A DNA stretch of 64,000 bases from an uncultured Chloracidobacterium sp. (lineage in GTDB: Bacteria > Acidobacteriota > Blastocatellia > Pyrinomonadales > Pyrinomonadaceae): contig CAZVDM010000001.1 of the NCBI GenBank assembly GCA_964625555.1, positions 13,573 to 77,572 on the forward strand. The letters are read 5' to 3'. Positions within the stretch are counted from its first letter, which is position 1; the number at the start of each line of letters is the position of its first letter. Made by a program: the position numbers and the translations under genes. Shown here piece by piece: positions 6,542-14,724 of this stretch. Below the pieces are notes generated by a model that was not told the origin of the DNA, ran no database searches, and saw nothing but the letters and a program-made list of their open reading frames with translations.

Positions 6542-9382
6542 CTATTTATTCAAATCGGGCAATATCGCGTCAAAGGCTTCGCGGATGGCGAGACGGTGCG
6601 CCGTGAGATGTTCGAGGAGTTCGGCGGGGGACCCGAGACCCATGCGTTCGGCGATCGTCGCAAGTGCAGTTTGGTTGGCGATCGGAAGCCGCGTCGTCCG
6701 GCCTATCGTGAGACGAAGCTGGTGATCGAGAGCCGAGAGGAATTCATGGCCGGCTCGCAAAGACTTGAGACTAGAGACGGGAGACGGGGGAAGCGAGACG
6801 GGAGACGGGAGACTAGAGACGGGAGACAGACTATCAGTCGCGGTCGAATGATTAGTATATTTGGTTATGAGTTTGTCTAGCATTGCCGCTGTGGAACGCG
6901 GATTCTCCGGTTCCTGTTCACCCTTCTCCCGTCTCTTGTCTCCTGTCTCATTGTCTTCACCAACGTCCGGCACATTATCTCTAAGCTGCAGATATCGCAT
7001 CGCAAAGTAGATATCGAGCATGCCGCCGCTGCCGTATTTGATATCGATGTCGCCGCCACGTTGCGGACGAGCACGCTGCTTTTCTAAGGCTAGCCGGACG
7101 CGGCGGGTCTCTTGTCGGAGTTCGTCCGCGTCGACCGTCAGGGCACGTTCATGGATGATGCGGCGGGTTTCACTCTCGACATTCCTGGCAAGGCTTTCAT
7201 CACCGCCGACGGCACGCAGTTTGACGAATGCGAGCATCTCCCAGATGGCCGCCGTATCTCGCATATAGTCGAGAAAGGCGTCGATGGAGATGGCTGTCAT
7301 TCCCTTCGAGCCAAACGGACGGAGGCGGAGATCGACTCGATACAGATTGCCGTCGCGAGTCATCGATGAGAGTGTCGTGGTAAAGAGTTCTACCGTCCGC
7401 GCGTAGAATTCCGCCGCCGACAAGCCGGCGATCTGGTGCCCCGGATCAAAATAGACGATCACCAGATCAAGGTCCGAGTCGTAATCAAGCCCACGGCCGC
7501 CGAGCTTTCCGAGTGCGAGGATCGCGATATCGAGATTGACTTCGTACGGACGATAGCGGTTGATCAATTCATCGCGGACGACCTCGAGAGCGGCCTCGAT
7601 ACACGCTTCGGCAAGCTCGGTCTGTGCCCGTTTCGCTTCGCTGAGCGTCAATTTGCCAAAGATGTCACGAACGACCAACTCAAGCAGCAGCCGCGACCAT
7701 ACCTTTCGCATAGCCGACAAACGGCGGCCGAAATCTCTCGTACCGTCGATCGCCGCGGTCATTATCATCTCGTAATCGGGCTGTTCAAACTCGTCGTCAG
7801 GGTCAAGTAGATCTACAGCGAGCTGTGGGTTAGCGGCCAGCATCGATGCAAAATGCGGCGAAATGGCGATCACACGTTCGAGGACAGCGGCACTTTTCGT
7901 GGTCGGATCATAGGTGACGGACGATTTCTCGATCGAAGCAAGAATGTGTGAACGGGTTCTCTCGGCCGTGTCCGGTACCTCGGTAATGTCGAGATCGGTC
8001 ACGGCGGCAGGCGTTTCACCGAATATCCGTGTAAAGATACGGCTGACATTTCCGGTAGTTTCGATGAGGTCCGATTCGAATTCACCTGCGGAAGCAAAGG
8101 CCATTTTGCGGGCGAGCAGAGCACGTTTTTCAGGTTCAGCGGGTATCGTGTGGGTCTGAACGCCGTTCTTCATTTGCAGCACATGCTCGGCACGGCGCAG
8201 GAATTCGTAGGCGGCGGAAAGTTCGGACAATTCCGATTCTGAAATGTACTTGCGGTCCGCCAGCCGGGACAAACTGATAAGCGTGTGAGGTGACCGCAGC
8301 CATTTATCTTTGCCGCCATAAGCGAGCTGAAGTGCCTGGGCGAGAAATTCGATCTCGCGGATTCCGCCGCGGCCGAGTTTGACGTCGAAACCGCGTTTGT
8401 TGATGTTCTCGAGATCGATCCGTTCCTTTGAACGGCGAACGTTTGCGAGTGCGGTCTCTATCGTTTCTTTGCGTGAAAAGATCAGATCCTCGACCGCAGA
8501 TATGAATTGCTTGAATAGATCGGTGTCGCCTGCGCAGCCGCGGGAACGGATCAGCACCTGCCGTTCCCAGGCACGAGCCTCGGTCTTGAAATAGCGGATC
8601 ATATCGCCGACCGAGAATGCCAAAGCTCCGAGCGAACCGTGCGGACGAAGCCGTAAGTCGACTCGATATGCTGCACCCTCGCCGGACGGCGAGCCGACGA
8701 GTTTTGTGATATATTCGGCGAGTTTTACAAAATACTCGCGGTTTGTAACGCTCTCGCGCGAACCGCCTGTTGTCTTTCCCTCGGCGGAATAGATGAATAA
8801 TAGGTCGATATCGGAAGAATAGTTGAGTTCCTTAGAGCCGAGCTTGCCGAGTGCAGCAATACAGAATCCCGAGGGAGTAAAGCGGCCTTTGGCATCAGTT
8901 TGCTGCGGCTGGCCGAATCGATTATCGATCTCACGCCGGGCGCGTTCGAGAGCGGACTCAAGGATCGCGTCGGCAAGATTGGAGATCTCTTCGGTGATCT
9001 CGGCTATAGTAGCAAGCCGGCGAATATCGCGGAGGTAGATCCGCAGAAGTTCCCGGCGACGAAAACGTGCAAAGAGAACCTGAGGTTCGAGCTGGGAATT
9101 GGTAAGAGCGAAGCGGGCCAGCGATTCGAGCAGCTCTTCGCGGCCGCGAACGCCTGATTCGAGGCGTTTGCGGCCAAGCCACCAAATGTAGTCGGGATGC
9201 TGAAGCAGCGTGGTCGACAGCAGCGGGCTGAACGAGACCAGAGTCAGCACATCGGACAAAAGGCCTTCTTGTTTGAGCAGCTTCTCGGATTGCGACGGAT
9301 GCTGCTCGGCAAACTGGCCGAGAAATCGCCGGGCTGCATCGGCGTCGGGCAGGTCTCGGATCAATTGTTCTACTTTGCGCAT
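6542..9382 (-). CDS. glnE: Bifunctional glutamine synthetase adenylyltransferase/adenylyl-removing enzyme
   Basis: 946 aa with two nucleotidyltransferase modules (GKLGSKELNYSSDIDL and GKLGGRGLDYDSDLDL) plus GlnE-specific helical domains. Confidence 0.9.
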   Translation of the reverse strand: MRKVEQLIRDLPDADAARRFLGQFAEQHPSQSEKLLKQEGLLSDVLTLVSFSPLLSTTLLQHPDYIWWLGRKRLESGVRGREELLESLARFALTNSQLEPQVLFARFRRRELLRIYLRDIRRLATIAEITEEISNLADAILESALERARREIDNRFGQPQQTDAKGRFTPSGFCIAALGKLGSKELNYSSDIDLLFIYSAEGKTTGGSRESVTNREYFVKLAEYITKLVGSPSGEGAAYRVDLRLRPHGSLGALAFSVGDMIRYFKTEARAWERQVLIRSRGCAGDTDLFKQFISAVEDLIFSRKETIETALANVRRSKERIDLENINKRGFDVKLGRGGIREIEFLAQALQLAYGGKDKWLRSPHTLISLSRLADRKYISESELSELSAAYEFLRRAEHVLQMKNGVQTHTIPAEPEKRALLARKMAFASAGEFESDLIETTGNVSRIFTRIFGETPAAVTDLDITEVPDTAERTRSHILASIEKSSVTYDPTTKSAAVLERVIAISPHFASMLAANPQLAVDLLDPDDEFEQPDYEMIMTAAIDGTRDFGRRLSAMRKVWSRLLLELVVRDIFGKLTLSEAKRAQTELAEACIEAALEVVRDELINRYRPYEVNLDIAILALGKLGGRGLDYDSDLDLVIVYFDPGHQIAGLSAAEFYARTVELFTTTLSSMTRDGNLYRVDLRLRPFGSKGMTAISIDAFLDYMRDTAAIWEMLAFVKLRAVGGDESLARNVESETRRIIHERALTVDADELRQETRRVRLALEKQRARPQRGGDIDIKYGSGGMLDIYFAMRYLQLRDNVPDVGEDNETGDKRREKGEQEPENPRSTAAMLDKLITKYTNHSTATDSLSPVSSLPSPVSLPPSPVSSLKSLRAGHEFLSALDHQLRLTIGRTTRLPIANQTALATIAERMGLGSPAELLEHLTAHRLAIREAFDAILPDLNK
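6767..6956. repeat. Inverted heptamer arrays inside glnE
   Basis: Nine tandem GAGACGG-type heptamers lie at 6767-6829 and five reverse-complement CNGTCTC heptamers at 6922-6956. They are translated as SLSPVSSLPSPVSLPPSPVSSLKS and EDNETGDKRREKGEQEPE. Confidence 0.75.
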
Positions 9383-9421
9383 AGCTCGCGTTACGCCCTT
9401 AATACCGTGCGGGCCTTTGCT

Positions 9422-10900
9422 TCATCGGCGGAATCGCTTTCGATCGATCTCGTATTTTACTATTTTATAGCCGAGAATGCGTTCGGTCGAATCGAGCATT
9501 ATCGCGGCCTTCGCGACATTGCCGCGTGTGGATTTTAGCGTATCGATGATCAAGTCCCGCTCAAAGGCCTCGACCGCCGACGCAAGCGTTACACGGGTCT
9601 CGGTACCGCTGACCTCGGCGGTTTGCAGCGTCGGCGGCAAATGATGGCCGTGAATGACATTCGAATCGCAGACGAGCACCGAGCGTTCGATGACATTTTC
9701 AAGCTCACGCACATTGCCGGGATAATGATAGGCAGTGAGCATGTCGATCGCCGGCGTCGAAATGCGCTTGACGTTCTTTTTGTGTTCACGCTCGTACTTT
9801 TCGAGGAAATGCTCGGCAAGCAGCAGAATGTCGGACTTTCGTTCGCGTAGCGGCGGAAGATAAATCGTAAAGCCGCCCAGCTGATCTAACAGTTCACCGT
9901 CAAACGTGCCCACGCGAACCGCGTCCGCCAGATCCTGACTGGACGATGCGATAAGACGGACGTTGACGGGAAACTCTTCGCCGCTGTCCGTGCGTACGAA
10001 TTTGCGTTCCTGCACCGCACGGAGCACCTTGGACTGGAGATGGAGCGGCAGACCGCCCACTTCGTCAAAATAAAGCGTTCCGCCGTCGGCAAGTTCAAAG
10101 CGGCCCTTCTTATCCGATCCGAAGATCTCGTTTTCGATCAACGCGTCGGGCACATCAGAGCAGTTTAGCTTTACGAACGAGCGTTTCGAACGCAGGCTGT
10201 TGTAATGGATCGCGCCGGCGATAAGTTCCTTACCGGTTCCGTGTTCTCCGCGGAGAAGCACGGTCGAATTCGATCGTGCGATCTGCGTTACTTGATCGAG
10301 GGCGGCGCGCATCGCTCCGGAGTTGCCGATGAGCTGCGACAGGTCATACTTTTGCCTGAGCTCCTGCTTTAGGTGAAGATTTTCCTCGGCGAGTTTGCGG
10401 TTTGCGGCGTCCATCATCCGCTCGACGAGCATCGCCTGCGCAATAACAGAGGCGAATGCACCGAGCACTCTGACCACTCGGTTCTCTTCAACGCGCGATC
10501 CGCCGCGAAAACCCGCCGCGACCATGCCGACGGTCTTGCCTTTCACCGATACCGGGACAGCCACGAGGAAGCGGGTTTGCGTGCCAAATGCCAGGAAATC
10601 AAGTGCACGATCGGTACCGACATCATCGATAGCGAGAGGTTTTGAAAGCTCGAACATACGCCAAAGGCTGCTCTTTGCAATGCGCGATTCGAGGCGGCGA
10701 AAATCGGCGACGCCGACGCCTTCGGCCGCGACGAGGTCGGCGACGCCGTCGTCGGCACGCTGCCGGACGATGAATGCAACGTCAGCCGACAATGCGTGAA
10801 TTACGGTCTTCGTCACGACGCTTGCTCCATCGCGAAGCCCGCTGCCGTCCGCGAAAGCCCTGGCCGCCTTCGCGATGAGATCGATGTGGTCGAGTTTCAT
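9422..10900 (-). CDS. GAF-domain AAA+ transcriptional regulator of the NtrC/TyrR class (GAFTGA loop absent), C-terminal Fis-type HTH
   Basis: Contains Walker A GEHGTGKE, an R-finger region and WPGNVREL-like YPGNVRELEN. Where NtrC has FGHEKGAFTGA, this protein has FGSDKKGRFELADGGTLYFDEVG. The start is set at MKLDHIDLI (10900). Confidence 0.85.
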   Translation of the reverse strand: MKLDHIDLIAKAARAFADGSGLRDGASVVTKTVIHALSADVAFIVRQRADDGVADLVAAEGVGVADFRRLESRIAKSSLWRMFELSKPLAIDDVGTDRALDFLAFGTQTRFLVAVPVSVKGKTVGMVAAGFRGGSRVEENRVVRVLGAFASVIAQAMLVERMMDAANRKLAEENLHLKQELRQKYDLSQLIGNSGAMRAALDQVTQIARSNSTVLLRGEHGTGKELIAGAIHYNSLRSKRSFVKLNCSDVPDALIENEIFGSDKKGRFELADGGTLYFDEVGGLPLHLQSKVLRAVQERKFVRTDSGEEFPVNVRLIASSSQDLADAVRVGTFDGELLDQLGGFTIYLPPLRERKSDILLLAEHFLEKYEREHKKNVKRISTPAIDMLTAYHYPGNVRELENVIERSVLVCDSNVIHGHHLPPTLQTAEVSGTETRVTLASAVEAFERDLIIDTLKSTRGNVAKAAIMLDSTERILGYKIVKYEIDRKRFRR

Positions 10901-11089
10901 TTTACCTACAAAATTGTAGCGCAAACGGCAGAGCAATGGCGGAAACACGACCGGTAGGGAGTGTGTTCGTACGGCTCGGCGATGCCCAACGTGCTCTAAC
11001 GATCGACGGATAAAGTCGATCACCGGGAATACAATCCCTACCGGTCGTGATTCTGCCTCGCACGACACGCGATACGCTATAATCAAGTA

Positions 11090-12046
11090 GTGGAAACGCG
11101 TGTACACATCACGGCTGCATCCGAGCACAACAAAATGCGGCTCGAAGACTTCCTGCTCGGGCAATTTCGCTCGTTGAGCAAGATGTATCTTCGCGCGGTT
11201 GTGAAGGCCGAAAGGTGCGAAGTAAACGGACGTTGGGAAAACCGCGGTTACAAACTGCGGCCGAACGATTTCGTTGAGATCATGGTCGATCACACCCGCG
11301 GGACCGCTATGCAGCCGCAGGAGATCGGGCTCGATATCATCTTCGAAGACGACGAACTCATCGTCATCAACAAGCCCGAAGACATGTTGATGCATCCCTC
11401 GCATCGGGACAACAGCGGGACGCTGCTGAATGCCCTCGCGCATTACCTTAATGAAGGTGAGGAGTGGAGGAGTGGAGGAGTAGAGGAGTTAGATCACGAT
11501 CTCCCTCACTCCTCTACTCCTTCACTCCTGTACTCCTCCACTCGCCCAGTCGTCCGCCCGGGCCTTCCGCACAGGCTTGACAGGCTTACGTCGGGGCTTG
11601 TGGTCGTTACTAAGACCGCGCGGGCTCATCGGGTTATTTCGGGGCATTTTTTGAAGAAAAGAGTAGAGAAGCTGTATCTTGCGTTGGTTGACGGAGTGGT
11701 TGAGCAGGATAGCGGGACGATCGACGCGCCTATTGGGCGGTTTGCTGATATCAAACTTTGGGGCGTGAAGGACGACGGGAAGCAGGCTGTGACCAATTAC
11801 AAGGTTCGTGCGCGTTACGACAATACGACACTGCTCGAACTGGAGCCGGTCACGGGCCGTACGAATCAGCTTCGGATCCACACCGCGCATATTGGGCATC
11901 CGATCGTGGGCGATGTGCAGCGTGCGGGGACGGAATACCGGCGTCTATGTTTGCACGCCTATCGTCTTGCGTTCCCGCACCCGACGACGCGGGAGATGGC
12001 GCGGTTTGAGAGGGAAGTTGTGTTCCGGTCAGAACCGCCTGCGTAA
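11090..12046 (+). CDS. RluA-family pseudouridine synthase with N-terminal S4 domain
   Basis: Contains the HRLDRLTSGLVVV catalytic motif and an S4-like N-terminus. GTG start at 11090, with an alternative ATG at 11135. The last 6 codons and the stop lie inside a REPIN-like element. Confidence 0.85.
   Translation: METRVHITAASEHNKMRLEDFLLGQFRSLSKMYLRAVVKAERCEVNGRWENRGYKLRPNDFVEIMVDHTRGTAMQPQEIGLDIIFEDDELIVINKPEDMLMHPSHRDNSGTLLNALAHYLNEGEEWRSGGVEELDHDLPHSSTPSLLYSSTRPVVRPGLPHRLDRLTSGLVVVTKTARAHRVISGHFLKKRVEKLYLALVDGVVEQDSGTIDAPIGRFADIKLWGVKDDGKQAVTNYKVRARYDNTTLLELEPVTGRTNQLRIHTAHIGHPIVGDVQRAGTEYRRLCLHAYRLAFPHPTTREMARFEREVVFRSEPPA
11458..11543. repeat. Hairpin of inverted octamer arrays inside the rluA-family gene
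   Basis: The left arm is TGAGGAGT GGAGGAGT GGAGGAGT AGAGGAGT. An 18-nt loop contains the palindrome AGATCACGATCT. The right arm is ACTCCTCT ACTCCTTC ACTCCTGT ACTCCTCC ACTC. Confidence 0.8.
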
Positions 12047-12113
12047 GCGGGCGGCATGGACGTTGAATTTGCGCGACGGGCGTGCCCCCCGCTTATGCAG
12101 GGGGTTCTGGCAC
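12027..12113. repeat. REP-doublet (REPIN-like) palindromic element, copy 2
   Basis: GGTCAGAACCGCCTGCGTAAGCGGGCGG ... CCCCCCGCTTATGCAGGGGGTTCTGGCAC, with the same arm sequence as copy 1. Each arm is a GC stem with a GTAA or TTAT loop. Confidence 0.75.
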
Positions 12114-12132
12114 AGAGCTGCGACCCAAGAAT

Positions 12133-13119
12133 CTACTGCAAAACTATATCAAACGCCTTGCCGCGGGTGCCTTTTTTGAAACGGACGGTGACCGCGTAGT
12201 TTTTGCCGGCCTCGAGCGTCCAGCAGCCCTCGCCGTAGCCTTCGTAGTACTTGTTATCGGCGTAAAGCGTATTCGACCATACTTTGTAACAGTACTTGCC
12301 CGTTCCGTTAAAGGTGTACGACTGTTTGGCGATGGGTGTATTCGTATTGACGGCGAAGTCGCGCCTTAGGAGGTTTGTGCCGAACTGCATAATTATGTTC
12401 TCGGCGCGTTGTCCGGCAGCAACGTTCAGTTCGTCGGTGATAGTGATCTTTCCTTGCGGGGCGGCGGCGCGTGCGCCGTATAGCTTTTGGATTCCGACGA
12501 TGTCGAGCGGCGACAGAGTTCCGTCGTTATTCCAACGCGGGTTGCAGTAATTCATTACGCTGTCGGGGTCGTACACCGTCAAGAGCAGGCCGCCGGTCTT
12601 TTTGCTCTCAAGATTGCAGGTGGAATCGGCGCGGTCCTGTTCGTGCATCAGACCGATCGCGTGGCCGAACTCGTGCACCGCAACGCTTGATATACACGAC
12701 ATTCGCCGATTAGCAGCCTGGCATCCGGGCGAGAAGTTCTTGAACGTAAAGTTCAGCTCCATTCCGTTCTTCTGGCCGTCCATATATCGCCCGATACCTG
12801 AATTCGAACGCGTATCGGTAACAAGGATGCGTACGCCTTTGCTCGCGGCGAGACATTGCTGCCAGCCGTAAAAGTTTATGTTCGCCGCGGCTTGCCAGGT
12901 GGCTGTGACGCGGTCCTTGACCAGTGCCGTCTCGGAGTTCCAGCCCGTCGGATTCTCCCAGCAAACAGGAATGTACGCGATGCCGTCCGTCGATGCGGGC
13001 CACTGCCAACCGGCACCCGTGATCGCCATCGACCGGTTCGAGACCTGGGCGTTCGCGGACATGATCAGCCCCGCAAACAGCACGATCAACACCGCCGCTG
13101 CCCGTTTACAACAATCCAT
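12133..13119 (-). CDS. Secreted astacin-like zinc metalloprotease (M12A) with a C-terminal beta domain
   Basis: Has a signal peptide and the HEFGHAIGLMHEQDRAD motif, which matches the astacin signature HExxHxxGxxHE. Confidence 0.8.
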   Translation of the reverse strand: MDCCKRAAAVLIVLFAGLIMSANAQVSNRSMAITGAGWQWPASTDGIAYIPVCWENPTGWNSETALVKDRVTATWQAAANINFYGWQQCLAASKGVRILVTDTRSNSGIGRYMDGQKNGMELNFTFKNFSPGCQAANRRMSCISSVAVHEFGHAIGLMHEQDRADSTCNLESKKTGGLLLTVYDPDSVMNYCNPRWNNDGTLSPLDIVGIQKLYGARAAAPQGKITITDELNVAAGQRAENIIMQFGTNLLRRDFAVNTNTPIAKQSYTFNGTGKYCYKVWSNTLYADNKYYEGYGEGCWTLEAGKNYAVTVRFKKGTRGKAFDIVLQ

Positions 13120-13343
13120 CGATCTTCTCCGCCTTCTATTTTATTGGATAACTACGCTCTACAACATACCACAAAACGCGTTGTGAGATTGATGTAATTT
13201 GCGGTTCGCCGGGTTGCAGGGAAAGGTTCACCGTCTATGGTCACAGACATACTACTGTTGAGGCATTGGTGCACTGTTTACAGTCGACGTCGGCGTAGTC
13301 AAAGGGAGGACCTGGCACGATCGCAGCACGTTTTATTTGTTGA

Positions 13344-13370
13344 CAGCGGTGAACCCACGGTTCACCGCTG
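13344..13370 (-). terminator. Perfect 12-bp stem hairpin 25 nt after the TerC-family stop (non-canonical, A-rich tail)
   Basis: CAGCGGTGAACC-CAC-GGTTCACCGCTG. No U-run follows it on the minus strand. Confidence 0.35.
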
Positions 13371-13394
13371 CCAGATGTGCAAGGCCGCGAATTG

Positions 13395-14159
13395 CTATCC
13401 CTCGACCGCTTTCTTTTCGTCTTCGTCAGAAAACTGATTGTGGAGTTGGACCGGCGGAGCTTTCTTTCTCAATCGGATGTTGAGAAGCTCAACGAACACC
13501 GAGAAAGCCATCGCGAAGTAAACATAACCCTTAGGAATGTGGAAATGCAGCCCTTCGGCGATCAGCGACGTCCCTATCAGCAGCAGGAATGATAAGGCCA
13601 GCATTTTGATCGTCGGGTGACGTTGTACAAACGCACCGATCGAGCCGGCAAACAGCATCATCGCGATGATCGAGACCACGACCGCCGCGATCATGACCCA
13701 AATATTGTCAACCATACCGACCGCGGTGATCACGCTGTCGAGCGAAAACACGATGTCGAGCAGCATTATTTGGATGATAACGCCCGCAAAGCCCGCATAT
13801 ACTTTCTTCGAGCTTTCGCCCTCGGCTCCTTCGAGGCTGCCGTGTATCTCATGGGTGCTTTTGGCAAGGAGGAACAGTCCGCCGATCAGCAAGATCAGGT
13901 CGCGGCCCGAAACGCTCTGTCCCCAGACCGCAAATAGCGGAGCCGTGAGCCCCATTACCCATGTGAGCGAGAAGAGAAGCCCGATACGCATCAACAATGC
14001 GAGTGCGAGACCGATAAGGCGAGCCTTTTTTTGATCCTTCTCGGGCAGTTTGCCAGAGAGAATTGAGATAAAAATGACATTATCGATGCCGAGTACCAGT
14101 TCGAGCACCGAAAGCGTCAAAAACGCGATCCAAATTTGCGGGTCAGAGATCCATTCCAT
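13395..14159 (-). CDS. TerC family integral membrane protein
   Basis: The N-terminus FLTLSVLELVLGIDNVIFISIL and a second LDSVITAVG repeat are typical of the TerC/YkoY/Alx family. Confidence 0.9.
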   Translation of the reverse strand: MEWISDPQIWIAFLTLSVLELVLGIDNVIFISILSGKLPEKDQKKARLIGLALALLMRIGLLFSLTWVMGLTAPLFAVWGQSVSGRDLILLIGGLFLLAKSTHEIHGSLEGAEGESSKKVYAGFAGVIIQIMLLDIVFSLDSVITAVGMVDNIWVMIAAVVVSIIAMMLFAGSIGAFVQRHPTIKMLALSFLLLIGTSLIAEGLHFHIPKGYVYFAMAFSVFVELLNIRLRKKAPPVQLHNQFSDEDEKKAVEG

Positions 14160-14171
14160 TGTTTTTGCGTG

Positions 14172-14684
14172 TTAGTCGATCTGCTTGCAGACTTTGGTAG
14201 TGGCGGCATCGGCCGCCTTGCGAGCTTCTTCGTTCTGTTTGGCGCCCGGCATGATGACATCTGTCACACATGATTCTCTCGGTCCGATCTTTGAGACCAT
14301 CAGATAAGAAGTACTCTTTTGCGTGTCGTCGCTGCCGGCGACGTTGTAACGGACGATCATCGCGACGGGCACCTTGCCTTTCATACGCCACTCGATCTTT
14401 TCACCGACATATGAAAAGCCGCCGTAGAAGCCCCAGAAATTCAGTTCGAACTTCTTTTTCGCGGGTGTGATGATATTGATCGTTTGACGGATGTCGCCTT
14501 CGAGCAAACGGATCTTGTATCCGCCGACGCCGCTGCATTCGCCCTCGTACGAACCGCCTTCATCCGCGTTCGAACTGATCGTCCGGCAGGCACTGGTTTT
14601 GGTGCTCGAATAAACGCTCGTATTCTGTGCGAAAAGCATCGAGCAAAACGAAAGTACGAGGACACTCGCTGAGATTAGTTTCAT
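14172..14684 (-). CDS. Secreted Cys-containing protein, paralogue of the next gene
   Basis: The start is set at MKLISASVLVLSFCSMLFAQ (signal peptide). It shares YEGECSGVGGYK...GEKIEWR...SCVTDV...C with the 14725-15405 product. Confidence 0.6.
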   Translation of the reverse strand: MKLISASVLVLSFCSMLFAQNTSVYSSTKTSACRTISSNADEGGSYEGECSGVGGYKIRLLEGDIRQTINIITPAKKKFELNFWGFYGGFSYVGEKIEWRMKGKVPVAMIVRYNVAGSDDTQKSTSYLMVSKIGPRESCVTDVIMPGAKQNEEARKAADAATTKVCKQID

Positions 14685-14724
14685 AATTTTAATTTTGCCT
14701 TTGTGGTCCGTTTCTCTATTCGAT

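Noticed and set aside
6767-6829. CRISPR array interpretation of the short tandem repeats (also 23418-23480)
   Set aside because: The units are 7-9 nt and contiguous, with no spacers. No cas genes are present in the window.
10901-11443. N-terminal 181 codons of the 673-aa ORF 9422-11443
   Set aside because: This part overlaps the rluA-family gene on the opposite strand and has no domain. The GAF/AAA+ regulator starts convincingly at MKLDHIDLI (10900).
13303-13318. Other TGGCAC hits as sigma-54 promoters (also near 17288, 28873, 33161 and 12108)
   Set aside because: The -12 GC is absent or mis-spaced relative to the GG. In addition, 13303 points at no plus-strand gene.
14160-14171. yybP-ykoY (Mn) riboswitch upstream of the TerC-family gene
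   Set aside because: Only 12 nt separate it from the preceding gene, so there is no room for a leader.
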